Counted from the stretch's first letter, positions 14,526 through 28,404 are shown. The stretch: DNA of 64,000 bases from Camelus ferus (GCF_009834535.1 NC_045697.1:33234001-33298000), one strand, 5' to 3'. The notes: generated by a model not told the origin, from the letters alone. Translations and numbers: made by a program.

Positions 14526-15619
14526 GTATAAGGTATCCTATAAGGATACAATATAAGATAATAGTTACTTATGGAAATTAACATTGAAGGAATTTCTTTT
14601 CTTTTTTTCCTTTGCAGTGAACCTGCTTTGCATTTGCAATAAGAAAAAATAAAAAATTTTAATTTAAACAAAAGATTGTTAATGACATTTAATCATTTCC
14701 AATTCAAGTGTGAATTCTTGGGAATGACTAATAGACACCTTAATGCCAACTTAAAGAAAATCAACAAAAAATGCATATTCAAATTCTGGCAAACTATAAA
14801 TTTAACTATGATTCTAAGTCTATTCTACTAACTGAAAATTAGACTTGGGTCTAATCATTCAAGTCAATAAAATGTGATAGTAATTTCAATCGGAATCTAC
14901 TATGAGGCTCTCTTTCACCATATTCAAATCTTCCGTATAACTGAATTTTATTTTCTTTCATCTGATTGTGGAAACTTGACAATAATATTGTTAACACTAA
15001 CTGTAAGTTCCTTCCTCCATCCCTCCTTTCCTTCCTTTCTTGTTTTTACTGGAAGGATAAGATGCTTATACGCCAGCTGTTCCACCTGCTAGTACAGCCT
15101 AGCCTGGTCCCACAACACAGTAGACAGAAGAGTGAGGCATTAAGTAAAGAACTGCACTTACATAGAAAACTCACAAACCTTCCACGTGCCCGTCTTCCAG
15201 CACCAGGCATTTTCCTATACCTAGTAGGGCCTCCATAATGAATGTTCCCACAGCATTTCTATAACAGACTGTATCTTTCCTCATCACCTCTGTTACCACC
15301 AAAACTCAATGCTTCTTTGGGAGGCTTAAGTTCCTTTTTCAGTAAAATAAAATGCAAATATTTTAAAGTGCTTTCAGCACTAAAATTCTGCTCATAGATG
15401 TGAAAAATATGTGAGCATTCCCCATACACAGACAATAGCTAACATGTAGCTATTTTATTTTCTGATTTTATTCTATGTAATATTTCTCATTTCTGGGTGT
15501 AGGTGCCAAAAACCTCAACACAGAGTAGCTGAGAAAACGCTGTCAAAGTAAAGAAATGCTATGTGTTGAGTGAAAATGTGCACTGAAGGAGAAAATCAGA
15601 TCAGGGGAAGTGATTTCAG

Positions 15620-15810
15620 CACAGAGACTCAGACTGTGGGCTCCACAGCCAGATGCCTGGATTCTAATTTTGTGACCTTGGGGAAATTCCCTAGTCTCTT
15701 TGTTCCACAGTTTACTCATTTGTAAAGTGGGGACTAGGAATAGTGTTTTTCCATAGTGTTGTTATAGCAACCAAGTGAGTTACAGCATATAAAGCAGTAC
15801 CTCTATTATA
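15620..15810 (+). mobile_element. MIR SINE
   Basis: tgtgaccttggggaaattccc...cagtttactcatttgtaaagtggggac MIR core. Confidence 0.75.
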
Positions 15811-17224
15811 AAAAGACACCTCAGTGCATGTGCAAAAATAGTGTCACGTGAAAGCAAAGTCAGGACATATTTAAATCAGAAAAATTAAATAAAACCCTTC
15901 TTTACACCTTTATCCCCATCAAATGCTCGAGTGTGAGTGTTTGTGGTTGAAGTGTGAAGTGGAAGTTAGGAAGGAGAGTTCTCCGAAGCTAAACTGGCAC
16001 AAATACTGCAATAAACAGAAATGTAAAATTGTTTGACACCACCTGCTGGTTACTGATAGAAATGGCAGAAACAGCAGACATTCTGGTAACAAAATGTTGG
16101 ATTCCCACCTCCCCTCTTCAGCCCAATGGACAAAGCAATGATCCCCTTTCCAAAAAAAAAAAAAAAAAAAAAAAGACAATAATAACATTTACAAGACAGT
16201 ATAAGTGCCCTATGAAAGGTTGCAATTTTATTTTATTTTACAGTATTTTAAAGACTGAAATTTTAACTCATAACAGTACTACATTTGAATGATAAAAACA
16301 TTGAAACTTATATGTGTTAGAAGCAGAAATTAGGACTTGGATAACATTATCTTTGCCATAAAACCTAATTATCCCCAACCTCACTAATTTAAACTTTGTA
16401 AATTTAGAAAGTATTGATTAGGATCTAGACAAAAAAAAAGTTTGAAAGCTTCTTCATAGTGTAGACAACACTGTGAAGGATTACAAAAGTTTCTTCTTGC
16501 TTACCTGAATGTATCACGGATTTAACAAATTCAAAATGCATATCCCTTTCCCCAAACCCTTTTCATCCTGATGCCCCTCTTTCAGTGAAAAGCCTTTGCA
16601 ATCTAAATGAAGCCATTTCAAATTTCAGGTGGAAGTTGCAGTTAGCATGAGTATTTTCAGTCTGGGTGACATATTGTTTCCTCTGCCTAGAATTTTTTCC
16701 TCGTCACTTATCCCTCATTTTAATTTAGCGAATTCCTATTCCTCCTCTTAATAAATCACTGAGTACCCACTAAGTGCCAGGTACATTTTGTAGGCATGAG
16801 GAACACACTGATAACAAAACAGCAAAGATTCCCGCCCCCAAAGAGTGCACATTGGACTAATGCTGCAGTACCCACAGCTCAGCTTCTTCTTGCTGCAGGA
16901 TTTCGTCTCTAAAGGCACCTGTGACATGGTCCTCTGCATGCCTTTATTAAATCACATTCTTGTGATTTGAACTGTCTGTGGGTTTACACGCCTGTATGCC
17001 CCCAATAAACTACATGGATTAGAGTCTGTCTTCTTCTCCCCAAAATGTAAAAGGTTACATAACAGAGAAGAGGAGGTCATTAAATAGGTTATTTTTAAAT
17101 GAATCAATAAATATTAATTGAAACTACTCTTCCGATGATCTGTCACTGATAAGCATTAATTTATTAGGATAATTGCAAGAAATCTATCCCTTCTTTTATA
17201 AAGCAAGCAGGCATTTTGTTCCCT

Positions 17225-17740
17225 TTTGTGCTGGGCACTGTGGGAAGGTGAGCCAAACCAAATCATTCTCTAGGAGATACGGTTTTCAAAAGAGTACAAA
17301 GTCCCCTAAGGTCACAACTGGGCAAGGTCCATGATGAACTGTCATTGGGTGACCTACATGGACTGGGAAGTTGGGTTAGGCTTCCCCAAGGAAATATGGG
17401 GAAATTTAAAAGGGTCGCCAGACAAGGGAAGCTAACACTAGACTGAGGAAAGAACATCCACAGAAGCCCAGGGGCTTGGGGAAACACGGCACTGCGAGGG
17501 GGGTGGGGGGGCGGCGGAAAGAAGCCCGCAAAGTAGGGGAGGGCAGAAGTGGAGGGTTTCATAAAGATGAGGCCAGGGGGAAGGTGAGAGCCAGACCATC
17601 CAGGGCCTATTTGATGGTGTTAAGATGATAAACGTATTTTCAAGTGCAATGGGAAAGCTTTGCAGGTTCGTCTCCAGCAGGTTAGTGGCATGGTCAGTAT
17701 CTCTTGTTTGAAAGATGACCCTGGCTGTTGTTCCTCTGTA
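17225..17740 (-). mobile_element. L2 fragment
   Basis: ggttaggcttcccca, gcaatgggaaagctttgcagg, ttgtttgaaagatgaccctggctg are L2 3' antisense motifs. Confidence 0.6.
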
Positions 17741-18290
17741 GTTAAAGTGGTTGTTTTTAACTTCTCTAGTTTTTTCCAATGTTTTCTGTCTGCCTTTGGT
17801 TTACTGCAGTTTGAATATAAGACTGGGTGCATTTTTTTTGTTTGTTCGTCTTGTTTGTTTGTGTTTAGCCTTGGGATTCTCTGAGCTTTCTGGACCTGCA
17901 GTTTGGTCATTAATATTTGGAAAGTTTCAGCCATGATTATGTCAAATATATTTTTCTGCTCTGTTCCTACTTTCTTATGCTAATATTCCAATTATGAGTT
18001 GTTATACCTATTGAAATTGTAGCCCAGTTCCTGGATGTTTTATTCTGCTTTGTTGTTGTTTATTCAGTTTTCTCCCCCTACTTGAATTTCAGTTTGGGAA
18101 GTTTCTAATGATCTACGTACAAGCTAACTGAATCATGAGCCCGCTTAAAGGCAGTCTCAATTTCTATTATTGTGGCTTTTAATTTCTGTCATTCCTTTTG
18201 ATTCTTAGAGTTTCCATCTCTCTGATTATATAAATAATCTCTTCTTGCATGTGGTTTACTTTTTCGTTTAGATCCATTAACACATTAATC

Positions 18291-18342
18291 ATTTTATTTT
18301 ATTTTATTTTATTTTATTTTATTCTATTTTATTTTATTTTTT
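18291..18342. repeat. (ATTTT)n microsatellite, probably a retrotransposon poly(A)-tail derivative
   Basis: About 10 atttt units. Confidence 0.9.
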
Positions 18343-18370
18343 GAAGGGATAATTGTTGGGAATTTTCTTC

Positions 18371-18890
18371 TTTATTTTATTGAAGGATAGTCAGTTACAG
18401 TGTGACACTTTCTGGTGTACAGCATAATGTCCCAGTCCTGCATACCTATATATATATATTCATTTTTATATTCTTTTTCATTAAAGGTTATTAAAATATA
18501 TTAAATATAGTTCCCTGTGCTATACAGAAGAAATTTGTTTTTTAATCTATTTTTATATATAATGGTTAATATTTGCAAATCTCAAACTCCAAATTTAACC
18601 CTTCCCACCCCCTTTCCCCTGGTAACCCTAAGACTGTTTACTATCTCTGCGAGTCTGTTTCTGTTTTGTAGATGAGTTCATTAGTGCCCTGTTTTGTTTT
18701 TTTTTTTTTTTTAGATTCCACATATGAGTGATATCATATGGCATTTTTGTCTCTTTCTGGCTTACTTTGCTTAGAATGATGATCTCCAGGTCTATCCATG
18801 TTGCTGCAAATGGCATTATTTTATTCTTTTTTTTTATCACTCAGTAGTATTTCATTGTATACATATACCACAAGTTCTTTCTCCAGGCAT
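18371..18890 (-). mobile_element. Young lineage-specific L1 3' end nested in the older L1
   Basis: ORF2 C-terminal KNKIMPFAATWIDLEIIILSKVSQKE followed by a 3'UTR with gttccctgtgctatacag and a T-rich tail on the + strand. Confidence 0.92.
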
Positions 18891-21429
18891 CTGTTATTTT
18901 AAATTCCTTGTCTAGTAATTCTGACATCCCTGTCATGTCTGAGTCTGATTCTGTTGGCTTTTTCTCTTCTGACTGTGTTTTCTTTGTTTTCTGTTTTTCC
19001 TTTTGGCATGCCTTCTGATTTTTTTCTGTAAGTTTTATTAGGATATAATTGACATGCATCACTGATAATTTTTTGGTGAAAGCTGACCATATTGATTTGG
19101 ATAATAGGAACTGAGATAAATATACTGTTACGGTAGGATTTATGTTAATCTGGTTAAAGGTTGGCTGTGTTTAATGTTTGCTGTCATTGTAGGTGCCACA
19201 GGGTTCAAGGTATTTTTTTGCGTGTTCTTGCTCTGGCTTCCCCGACTTTCCTAGCTATTCCTCCTGGGGAGTCTGTGTCTTCAGCTCTTTGTGCTGTAAG
19301 ATGCTGCTATTCTACCAGAGTCCTACTGGTGTGATAGTAAGGTATGTAGTAAGGAGACTGCTCTGTAATCTTCTGATTAAATCAATCTTTTAGGCAGCCT
19401 GTGTCTTAACTGTAACTTTGTAAGTATTTCTCCACTGGTACGGCTTTATTCCCCACTCTCCCTACTCCTTTCAGTGGCTGTAGCATATCTAGTCTACTTC
19501 CTTGATGCTCAGATCTCAGTTGATAATTTTTCATTTCCTGAGCCCCTGTTAGGTGAGAGAGTAAGACTTAGAGGGGTTGCAGCAGGAGAAAGGCCCTTCC
19601 ATCAGCTGGGGTGAGGCTCTGGCTGAGTCCCTTCCCCTGGACATGGGCCTTGGTTATGGAGAAGGCTCTGAGTATCTTTCAAAAAGTTCTTCTTCCTTGC
19701 TCCTTCCTCTGCCATTGGCAGGAAGGGATATTTCTCAGAGCTTTATCTTGAGAACCTGGCAGGATTCCCAGAGGAGAAGCCCCTGAGTATGTGGGTCTCC
19801 CCCAGCAGACTGTTTCTCACTCGCACCCAGGTATACACTCAATCTCCAGAAGTTCATCAAAATGACCACGTAAGTGCCTCTGCCAGTGTGTGATGCTTCA
19901 GCGGCAACTCTCCCAGGTCAAAACTAAACAAAAACCCTTAGCTGTGTCTCTGCATGTGCCTGCCTCTTCACAATTTGGAATGACAGTTTGCTTGTCACCT
20001 CAATTCTCATACGAATGCCATAAAAGCCCTTAATTTTCATTTGTTCAGCTTTTTCTTATTGTAAGCAAGGGAGTGACAGCTTGCAAGCTCTTCACATGTC
20101 AGTGCTGAAACCTGAAGCTCAGTGCCTTGATTTTAACCATGATTTTTTGTAACTTCCCATGTTATTAGTCATATGTCTATTTTTTTAAATTATTCTGGGT
20201 TTCTGGTTGTGTTCTGGGTAGTTGAGTTTGACAGATAATCAAACAAGCTAGGTAATATTTAGCAAGGGAATGAATCAATATAATATAGGCAACCTTCTGG
20301 AAGTAGACAATGAACTAGCAGCAGATGACTGATAGTCAACAAGGCAAATTCATAAATCTCTGAATTTGGCCAGCACAATTAAATTTGAAACACAGATGCT
20401 CTAACAGTTCACTCTGTTCTGCTAGCTAAATCTTAAAACAAGAATTTTGAAAACATATTTTAAAATTCAAAATGCATTATAACATCAGAGTATTGTTATA
20501 TCACTGTATCTACATCATTTAAAAAAACTTACAAAAAATAGGAAAATTCAAGAAATCAACCAAATCATATGTACCTGATTTATTCAGTGCTTGCTTAATA
20601 TTTTCCCCCAGTAACTGGCTTCATTATACTTTTGGCAAAAAATATTACTTGTAAAATCTGGCCAATTATTTAATACTTTCATTGCAAGCATAAGCAAAAT
20701 CATATTGTAAGACTGAAAATAAGAAGAAAATTCATACAGTAATGATACTGACCCTAATTTAATATACACACTAGTTGTTAAATTGGTAAGATATTAAAAA
20801 CCTTCATGGATATCGACTGAAATTTATTTGCAATCAGTGTAAATATGAAAGTACATATACATATATGTGTATGAATATTCATGAACTCTGGGGAATCCGT
20901 GCTGGAGCCTCCAGCTATGAAGATCAGTTAATGCTCTAAATCAGTGTTGAGTGCCCCTTCTATGTTCTCAGAGAGCACCTGAGTATTCCTAGAACATAGC
21001 ATATCATAATATATGCAATTGTTTACCTTCCCATCTCCTCAAACAGCATGTAACCTCCTGAGGGTGGGGATCACATCTTTCTTGTTCACTTTGTATCACT
21101 TTGTATCTCTAAGGTCTAGCAGAGTGCCTGGCACATGTTTTCTAACTGAATGAATGAATAAATATAGTTTTGAGGCAAATACACCTATTTGTGTAGATAC
21201 AGACACAGAAATGAGTGAGTATGTTTGTGTGTGTTTGGGGTTAAATACATAAATACACAAAAATAGTCTGATGCTAGCTATTTTTTTTTTTCCAGAATTC
21301 AATGACTAGGGAGATGGGTAAGTTGGAAGATTTGGAATTAGAGAGATGCATGATCATTGAAACAGTTTTAAGTAAATAGTCCATGTCCACAATAAGTCTT
21401 CAAAATATTATATGTGTAACATTTCATTT

Positions 21430-21650
21430 GTGTATGTATATTATAGTATGTAGGATAGGATATGGTATGTATAGTGCATATATAATGTATATGCAGTATA
21501 CAGTGTGTATATAATGTGTATATATAGTGTATATATATTTAGTGCATTGTGTATATGTTTAGTATATAATGTATATATAGTATATATGTCTCTGTATAAC
21601 ATATATTGTTGCATGTGTACTATATAAGTACATAAAATTACATACATATA
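21430..21650. repeat. Degenerate (TA/TG)-rich low-complexity tract
   Basis: Repeated tatata/gtatat/tgtat units; source of spurious ORF 21441..21647. Confidence 0.85.
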
Positions 21651-24399
21651 ACAATGCTATAGTTAAGTCTTAGGAAAGATATTTAGCTAAGCACCAACTA
21701 AAGACTATTCTCTGGAGTGAGCAGGTAGGAAAGCAGACAAGGTACAGTGAAAGTCGCCCCCCATCCTCTTTCTCGTTTAACAGTTGTAGTGTAAGACGTC
21801 CAAGGGTATGACCGCTGTGGTATTAGACACCTAGACTTCCTCTTTCTTACTTCTCTGCTGTTTCAGAGGTAATGTCCACATCTTTGAGGTTGAGGAGGAC
21901 TTGCCACTGTTTGGCCTGCATTCCAGCAGACAAGAGGGGAGAGAGGAGGAGAGGCATGTCCACTCGCCTTGAGGGCACAACCTGAGGACTATATGCCTAA
22001 CCTTTACTCCTACGTCTTTGAGAACTTAGTCACATGACCACATCTGGCAGTAAAGGAGGCAGGGGAGTGTAGTCTGGACATGTGCACAGCTACAATCAAG
22101 ACTTGTAATGCTCTGTAAGTTATCAGGAAATAACTAGTCATCTCTGACAGAGGCCTGGGATGGTCCAGGCACAGGCTACGGGCATTGTTTGAAAACTTGG
22201 GAAAGGAAGAAAGGAGTGTTTCACATTCACCCTCTAATATGCCAAACTACCTAATATAACAAAACAACACACATACATGCATTGGCCTCCCGCAGGTCAT
22301 TCCAATGTGCTTACCACGCACACGCAGCTTCCAGACAGTCCCAAGCCGCACTTCCCGAGTATGGTCCCACCTAAATAGAGGCTCTGGAGCTACTGCTATT
22401 CATTACATTCTGTCTTCTGACCACTCTTTAGCTCTCTTTGTAGGCCGTTCTTTATCGCTCTTTATCACTCATCCCTTAATTGTTTGGGATCCACAAGGTA
22501 ACACGTCACTCTTGTCCTCTTCTTACTTTACTGTTCTCTCTGGACAATATAATTTACTCTGGTTTCCTAACCTGCTGCCATATGATAAAACTCTTTAAGG
22601 ATGTGTCTTATGAGCTCCAGTGCCAAATAACTCACCCTGACCATCTTCTGGATATCTCTCATGGACTCACTACAAATTTATTTGAGCCTCCTATATGACA
22701 TTAATTTTTAATTAAAAAAATCTACCCAGTGTACTGAGTGCCTGACACTTTGTGAGACATGAGTATACAAAAAAACCCAGCAATTACGTGCTCAGGGAGA
22801 ATATAACCTGCTGGAAGATGCAGATAATGGACAGGCAAATCAAACAGACGGCAGAATAAGTGCTGGAGAATGTAGGGGGTGCTCTGACACTACCTAAAAG
22901 CACCTATCCAAGATCTGGGGGTCAGAGAAGGCTTCCTAAGAGGAAATTTGAAGAATCTGAGGAATATATTCAATAAACTAAAAAACACATTCCCAGTGTA
23001 GCAAAAGATAGACTCACAATGGGTTGGGCTGGGGAGGCCTCCTGAAGGCCTCATAGTCATGGGAAGGGTTTCAGTCAATGGCTACAATGTAAAGTCAGGG
23101 AAAGCTTCATGCAGGAGGGGGTTCTATAACTAGGTCTGAGTTTTAGAAAGGTTACTTTGCCGCACTGTGTAGGATGGAATGAAGAAAGCAAGACGAAGGA
23201 CAGAGAGACGGGAGGAAGTTTTTATAGTAATCCCACAGAAGATGAGTCCCACGGAAATCTCAGATCTCTATTCACAATAGAACAGAATTTAATTCACAAT
23301 TGAATTTCTGGTTTAAACCAAAACCTGTCTCGCATAATTCTCTATTGTAGGGAATGACATTAGATTCATCTAGTCCTTCAGTTAGAAATCTAGGCATACG
23401 CGGCAGTGGCTCCATGTCTCTCCCCTTCCGTTCACCACGTCCTGCATATTCTCCCTCCTCTGCAGCTCTCAAGTCTATGAGCCCCTTCTCCACCAGCAGT
23501 CATTGTCCTATTCAGGCTTCCATTATTTCTCACCCGGATGATGTCAGTTGTCTCTTAACTAGTCACCCTCCATCGCTCGTACCATTTCAGTCTATACAAT
23601 ATTCCCCATAACAGTCTTCCCCGAACTCAAATGCATCCATTTTACTCCCTCACTAAAATACCCTTTAAGCAGTTTCCATGGCTTCAGCACGGGATGTAAG
23701 GCTGTTCATGAACTGGTCTCTGTCTAACCATCTTTACAAACATGAGTCCCCTACCTGAGATACCCAATCTGTAATCTATTGTTCTTCAGATGCTCCATGT
23801 TGCTTTTGATAATTGTGTGCTCTCTGCTAAGAATGTGGCCTTTTTTATTATGCTAATTTGCAAGGCTTGACTTGATTCTTCTTCCCTTGGGGCTTCTCTG
23901 ACTTCCTCAGATTTCACTGCTCCCTTCTTTTTGCCCTTACCTAATTTTGGAATATTTTTCTCCCAGAACCTATGATCCTTTATTTCATATTTATTTACAT
24001 GTCTCTCTCACTTCTCAACACTCTGAGCAGCTTGTAGGTACGTGGCTCATCATGTTTTTTTAAAAATGCTGCCCCCTAACTCCAATTCTGGCAAGAGTAA
24101 ATGCTTATTTTCTGTTGGTTCACCGAATGAGATAATTAATTTTAAAAACTGTGAATGGTAACACCGGGGGACTATATTTACAAATTCTTTAAGGAGGAAC
24201 ATACAGGTTAAGAAGCATGTAAGCTTCAGAACGAAACAGAGATTTAATCACAACATCGTAATATAAATGGGCCATAGAAGAGTATACACTGCAGCCTTTC
24301 GCACATAAATCGCATATTCTTACATTACTCCAGAGAGGATTAAAAAGTATCACTTTGGAGCATCTACTATATGCCACATCTCATTATAAGAACTTTTCA

Positions 24400-24600
24400 T
24401 GAATTAAATTTGTTTGATTCTCATAATGGCCTTATGAGTTAGGCATTATTATCATCCTCATTTACAGTTGAGGAAACGGAGGTGAAGTGAGGCTGAGAAC
24501 CTTAGTGAAGATCATTCTGTTAGCAAGTCGTAGAGGTGGGATACAAACCCAGGCAGTCTGCCTCAGAAGTCCACACTCTTCATTAAAATTGCACTGCCTG
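24400..24600 (-). mobile_element. MIR SINE
   Basis: attattatcatcctcatttacagttgaggaaacggagg...gggatacaaacccaggcagtctg. Confidence 0.85.
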
Positions 24601-25211
24601 ATCTATAAATGGGTTCCCCTTTCAAAGCCAGTGGTACGTCTACATTGTGTATTTGTCAGTATCATGAATCTAATCATTGCATTTTGCTAGGTCGACCCCT
24701 GAGATCTTTATAAACTTTAAAGTTATATCGTGCATTAAAAGTGCATGAAGTGTTTAGATTGCTCAGCAGTGGCCATCCGTAGAGACAAGGTGCACTAAAC
24801 TCAGGCACAGATTTGGATTCTGCTCTTGTCACAGTAGCTATGTGAACTCGCTAAGCTTCAGCACTTCCCCACATCTGCAAAATGAAAATGATGTTTGTAG
24901 GGGAGGTCATGGGGAGTACAGGCCTACTTGCCTGGTACACAGAATTCCCCAACAAATGTTAAATCATCCTCCTGTGTCTCTCTTTCCCTCCCCCGCCCTC
25001 TCCCTCCCTCCTCCTCTCTTTCTCAGCCTCACTGACCTTACCTCTAAAATGGGAATTATAATACACATTTTATATACTTGAACATTAAATGATATACGCA
25101 AATGTCCCATTTGGAACCTGTCAAATAAAGAGTGCTAAGGCTTCCCTCCTGTTTCGGAGTTCATTAGGCCCCCACTGTGTAGATAAAGCAGCTAAGAATC
25201 CAAGGATGCAA

Positions 25212-25230
25212 GAGCCCCATCTAGTGGCGA
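25212..25230 (-). promoter_or_regulatory. Candidate CTCF site
   Basis: Minus strand tcgCCACTAGATGGGGCTc versus consensus CCACYAGRKGGCRC, one core mismatch. Confidence 0.45.
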
Positions 25231-25843
25231 TTTAAGAAAAAAAAAATCAAAAGGTACCTAGGGATTATACTGCTTAAATGGTTGCCTAGAAAGCCTTGGG
25301 CTATTTTATTTTAGTTATTCATTTCCTTCCTTGAGAAATAATTTAATGTAGCTCACAAGGAACGTGAAAGGAAAGCGTTGAACTGGATTCTCTGTTCTTC
25401 CCACTTTTCCAAGAATGTCCAAAATCTTCCCAGAATGGATCCACAGATTTCTGTTCTTGTTAAATTCATTATCTTCATTGCTGAACTACTCTGTTCCTAG
25501 ATTTCTAAAAGGATATGATTCAGCTCCTTAATTAGGCATAATTTGGTAGCCTAATGCTATCAAATGGATTCAGCAGTGTCATTACGACTTAAGACCAGTC
25601 TCCCAAGAACTACCCATCCATCGTAATCTACCACAGTTGAGAGGTGACGTCCAAGAAACCTAGCATGGTTCACAACTAATCTCAAATGATATCAAGAATG
25701 AGGTGGAAGTTCTGGTTAAGGAAAGGTTCGATCTAAAAACGAGCGAAGACGGCCTTCCAAGGATATCACCCTGGGATCCCTGCATCTCTGCTCCATTACC
25801 CAAGAGAGTTCAACCTACTGTAACTGCCAGACATCACAGTAAC

Positions 25844-26175
25844 TGTTACGGACTGCACAGTGGTGTTCCCTCCAGATTCATTTGTTGAAATCTACTTCCT
25901 GATGTGATGGGGGTGAGGCCTTTCAGAGATAATCTGGTCATGACGCCGAAGCCCTCAGTAACGGGATAGAAGAGACCAGAGAGTTAGCTCACTCTCCTGC
26001 CGCGTGACAATATGAGGAAGTCAGCAACCTGCAATGAAGAGGGTTCTCACCAGAACCTACCATGCTGGCATCCTAACTCCAAACCTTCAGCCTCTAAAAC
26101 TGTGAGAAATAAATTCCTGTTGTCTGTTAGACCCCCAGTCTATAGTACTTTGTTAAAATAGTTTAAACTAAAATA
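25844..26175 (+). mobile_element. MaLR solo LTR (MLT1A/B-like) with 5-bp TSD
   Basis: Starts tgttacggactg; contains ccttcagcctctaaaactgtgagaaataaattcctgttg; flanked by gtaac (25839-25843) and gtaat (26176-26180). Confidence 0.85.
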
Positions 26176-27571
26176 GTAATATTCTTGTTCTGTAAGTTTA
26201 GAAGAAAATAATATAATCAGTATGACAAGGAATATATTCAGATGACAATAAGGCAATAAAGAACAGGAGACCACAGAAAACACTGTCTTATGTAAACTCC
26301 CCACTGTTATCAAATCCTTTTGCTATTTCAGTCTTATAATTGTATTGTCATAAAATGCAGGGTGACTGTGCAAATGTTAATAGTTTTGGTGATTTCGTAT
26401 AGCTCCCTGAGGTGATTTAACTGGGGAGATATTATGTTATTTGTGATAAATAATGCCTTATTAAATTATTCTTATCAGATAAGTCATCCGAGTAGAAATC
26501 ATTTCCTTGAAAGACTATGACATATTTGAAAATAAATACCTTTAATTTTTGTAAGTTTAAAAACTAAAGATAAATACGCACTCACACTTTTGCTATAGTG
26601 AAGCTAAATATTTAATGACCTAGACCTGTCTAAATAGTAAAATAGAGTAGCAAAGGCCATTATTTTCCATTTTATTTCAAAGCTTAAGTGAAGAAAGTGA
26701 AAACTAAAAAAAAAAAAAAAAAAAAAAAATCAAAACAAAACAACAGTAACAAGAAAAAATCCTTTTGAAACACCTAAAACCTTCTTTATATATTCTATAA
26801 GATTATGAAGACTTCACAGGTGAGTTCCAAGACAAAATGTATAATAGAGAGATGGTTTTACAGAATGCAGTCAAAAGCAGTAATAAATTCTCTACCTCAG
26901 ATTAAAAAGAAGTTTCAAATGACTAAGGTGAACCTACTATAAATAACTATACTTTTAAAAACTTGGATTAACTAGGTTAATTTTATTTATAAGTGCAGAA
27001 CATAATACTGGACAGGAGTGACCTTTGAAAGGTCATTTGATGCATAGGTCACTATACCACAATCTGATAGTGTCAACTTCTGGGCAGGAAACAGGGCAAG
27101 AAATCTGAAAGACTTCAGTAAGTAGCTGCTGGCCGACAGGTAACTATTGTTCAAACCTGAACATTCACCTCAGGTTCTGATCTATGTTTAGTAAGCCTGA
27201 CTCTCACACAGAAATTACCCATGTTTGAAGAAGTCACCCAGTATATTTCTGACTGCAGGCTCGAAAAGGAAAAAAAAAAAGGTCAAAGCAGTTTGATGGC
27301 ATTAATGGTGCAGTAGAAAAAGTGAAAGCATTAGAGTCAGAGAGCTGTAAGGTCAAATTCTTTCTTTGTTACTGACCTGCTGTCTGGCAACGGAGTAGTC
27401 TCTTACCACTGCCGGGTTTCAAAGTTCTTATTTGAAAAGGGGGGATAATTACTTTCCTAACCAGGGATTTTTTTTCCCAGAATTAAATGATTAAATAATG
27501 ATTATTTGATTAAAATGATAAATGGATCTAACAAGTATATGACCCATTGAGGTGCTCAAAAATGCCATTTT

Positions 27572-27682
27572 AAGCCTATAATGAAAAAGAATATGAAAAG
27601 GAATATATAATATAGCTGAATCACTATGCTGTACACTGGAAATTAACACATTATAAACCAACTCTACTTCAATTTAAAAAAA
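27572..27682 (+). mobile_element. Extremely 5'-truncated L1 3' end (about 110 bp)
   Basis: cctataatgaaaaagaatatgaaaaggaata...ctgaatcactatgctgtacac...tacttcaatttaaaaaa; degenerate TSD aaaatgccatttt / aaaaagctatttt. Confidence 0.8.
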
Positions 27683-28029
27683 GCTATTTTCAAATATTTT
27701 CTCATCACTGCAATCACATAGATTTCAGTATAGGAAATGGCATTGGTTGGATAATCTGCTCTCATAACTTAAATGGTCATAACTATATTGAAAGGATATT
27801 TGCATGTCCTGAAAAAAGTCTAAAACAAAAATTCACTGACAAAATAACAGCATAATTTGTAATTCTCTTCCTATGCCTTTGCTAATAATCCAGTCTCATC
27901 AATCAAGCTTAAGCAGACCACCTGTATTCCTGAAGCAACTTCTAAACCTGCCCCTAGACTAGAACCAGTGAGGCTTCCTAATCTTCTTGCCGTGGCTTAT
28001 TAATGTATTTTGCCTCAGTCACTCTCCTA

Positions 28030-28300
28030 ACTGGCAGTGGCTGGCAGGGCTGAGGCTCTGAGGGCGGGCGGGAGGGCGGCTGGTGGGCTGGCAGCCTGCT
28101 GACTAGCACGTGCTGCCTTGTGCCAGAGTCAGTTCCGGGATGCCAGGTATGCCGCCCGTCAGCACTCCGCAGCCATGCCTTGTGGAAGACGGATTTGGAA
28201 CGAGTTTGGCAGAGGCTGTTTTTGCCCTGCACGGGCTTTCTGTTCATTCGTTTCATATCCCCCTACTGCCCAGGCATTCGACTCCTGCGGCCGCTTTCTC
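28030..28300. promoter_or_regulatory. GC/CpG-rich intronic patch, candidate cis-regulatory element
   Basis: About 15 CpGs in about 270 bp of an otherwise CpG-poor intron; three GGGCGG boxes and a CACGTG E-box. Confidence 0.4.
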
Positions 28301-28404
28301 CCTACTTTCCAATTAAAGCCATCCATATCCCCTTCTGAGGCTGTACCAATTCTTCAGCCTAGACAAGCTGAAGCTATATCCAGCTGACTTTCTTACTCTT
28401 TTTT

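Larger units (their letters stand above)
17745..20118 (-). mobile_element. Old L1 (L1MC/MD-like) 5'UTR-ORF1 fragment, interrupted by a younger L1
   Basis: ORF1-like remnants in minus-strand ORFs (MAETFQILM...QVQKAQRIP; SELLDKEFKIT) and an L1M 5'-end-like sequence near 20040-20118. Confidence 0.75.

Noticed and set aside
17497..17560. G-quadruplex-like G-runs
   Set aside because: Lies inside an L2 relic on the strand antisense to GABRA2; no evidence of function.
23684..23700. REST/NRSE-like TTCAGCAC (also near 15615 and 24858)
   Set aside because: Left half-sites only; the GGACAG half is absent.
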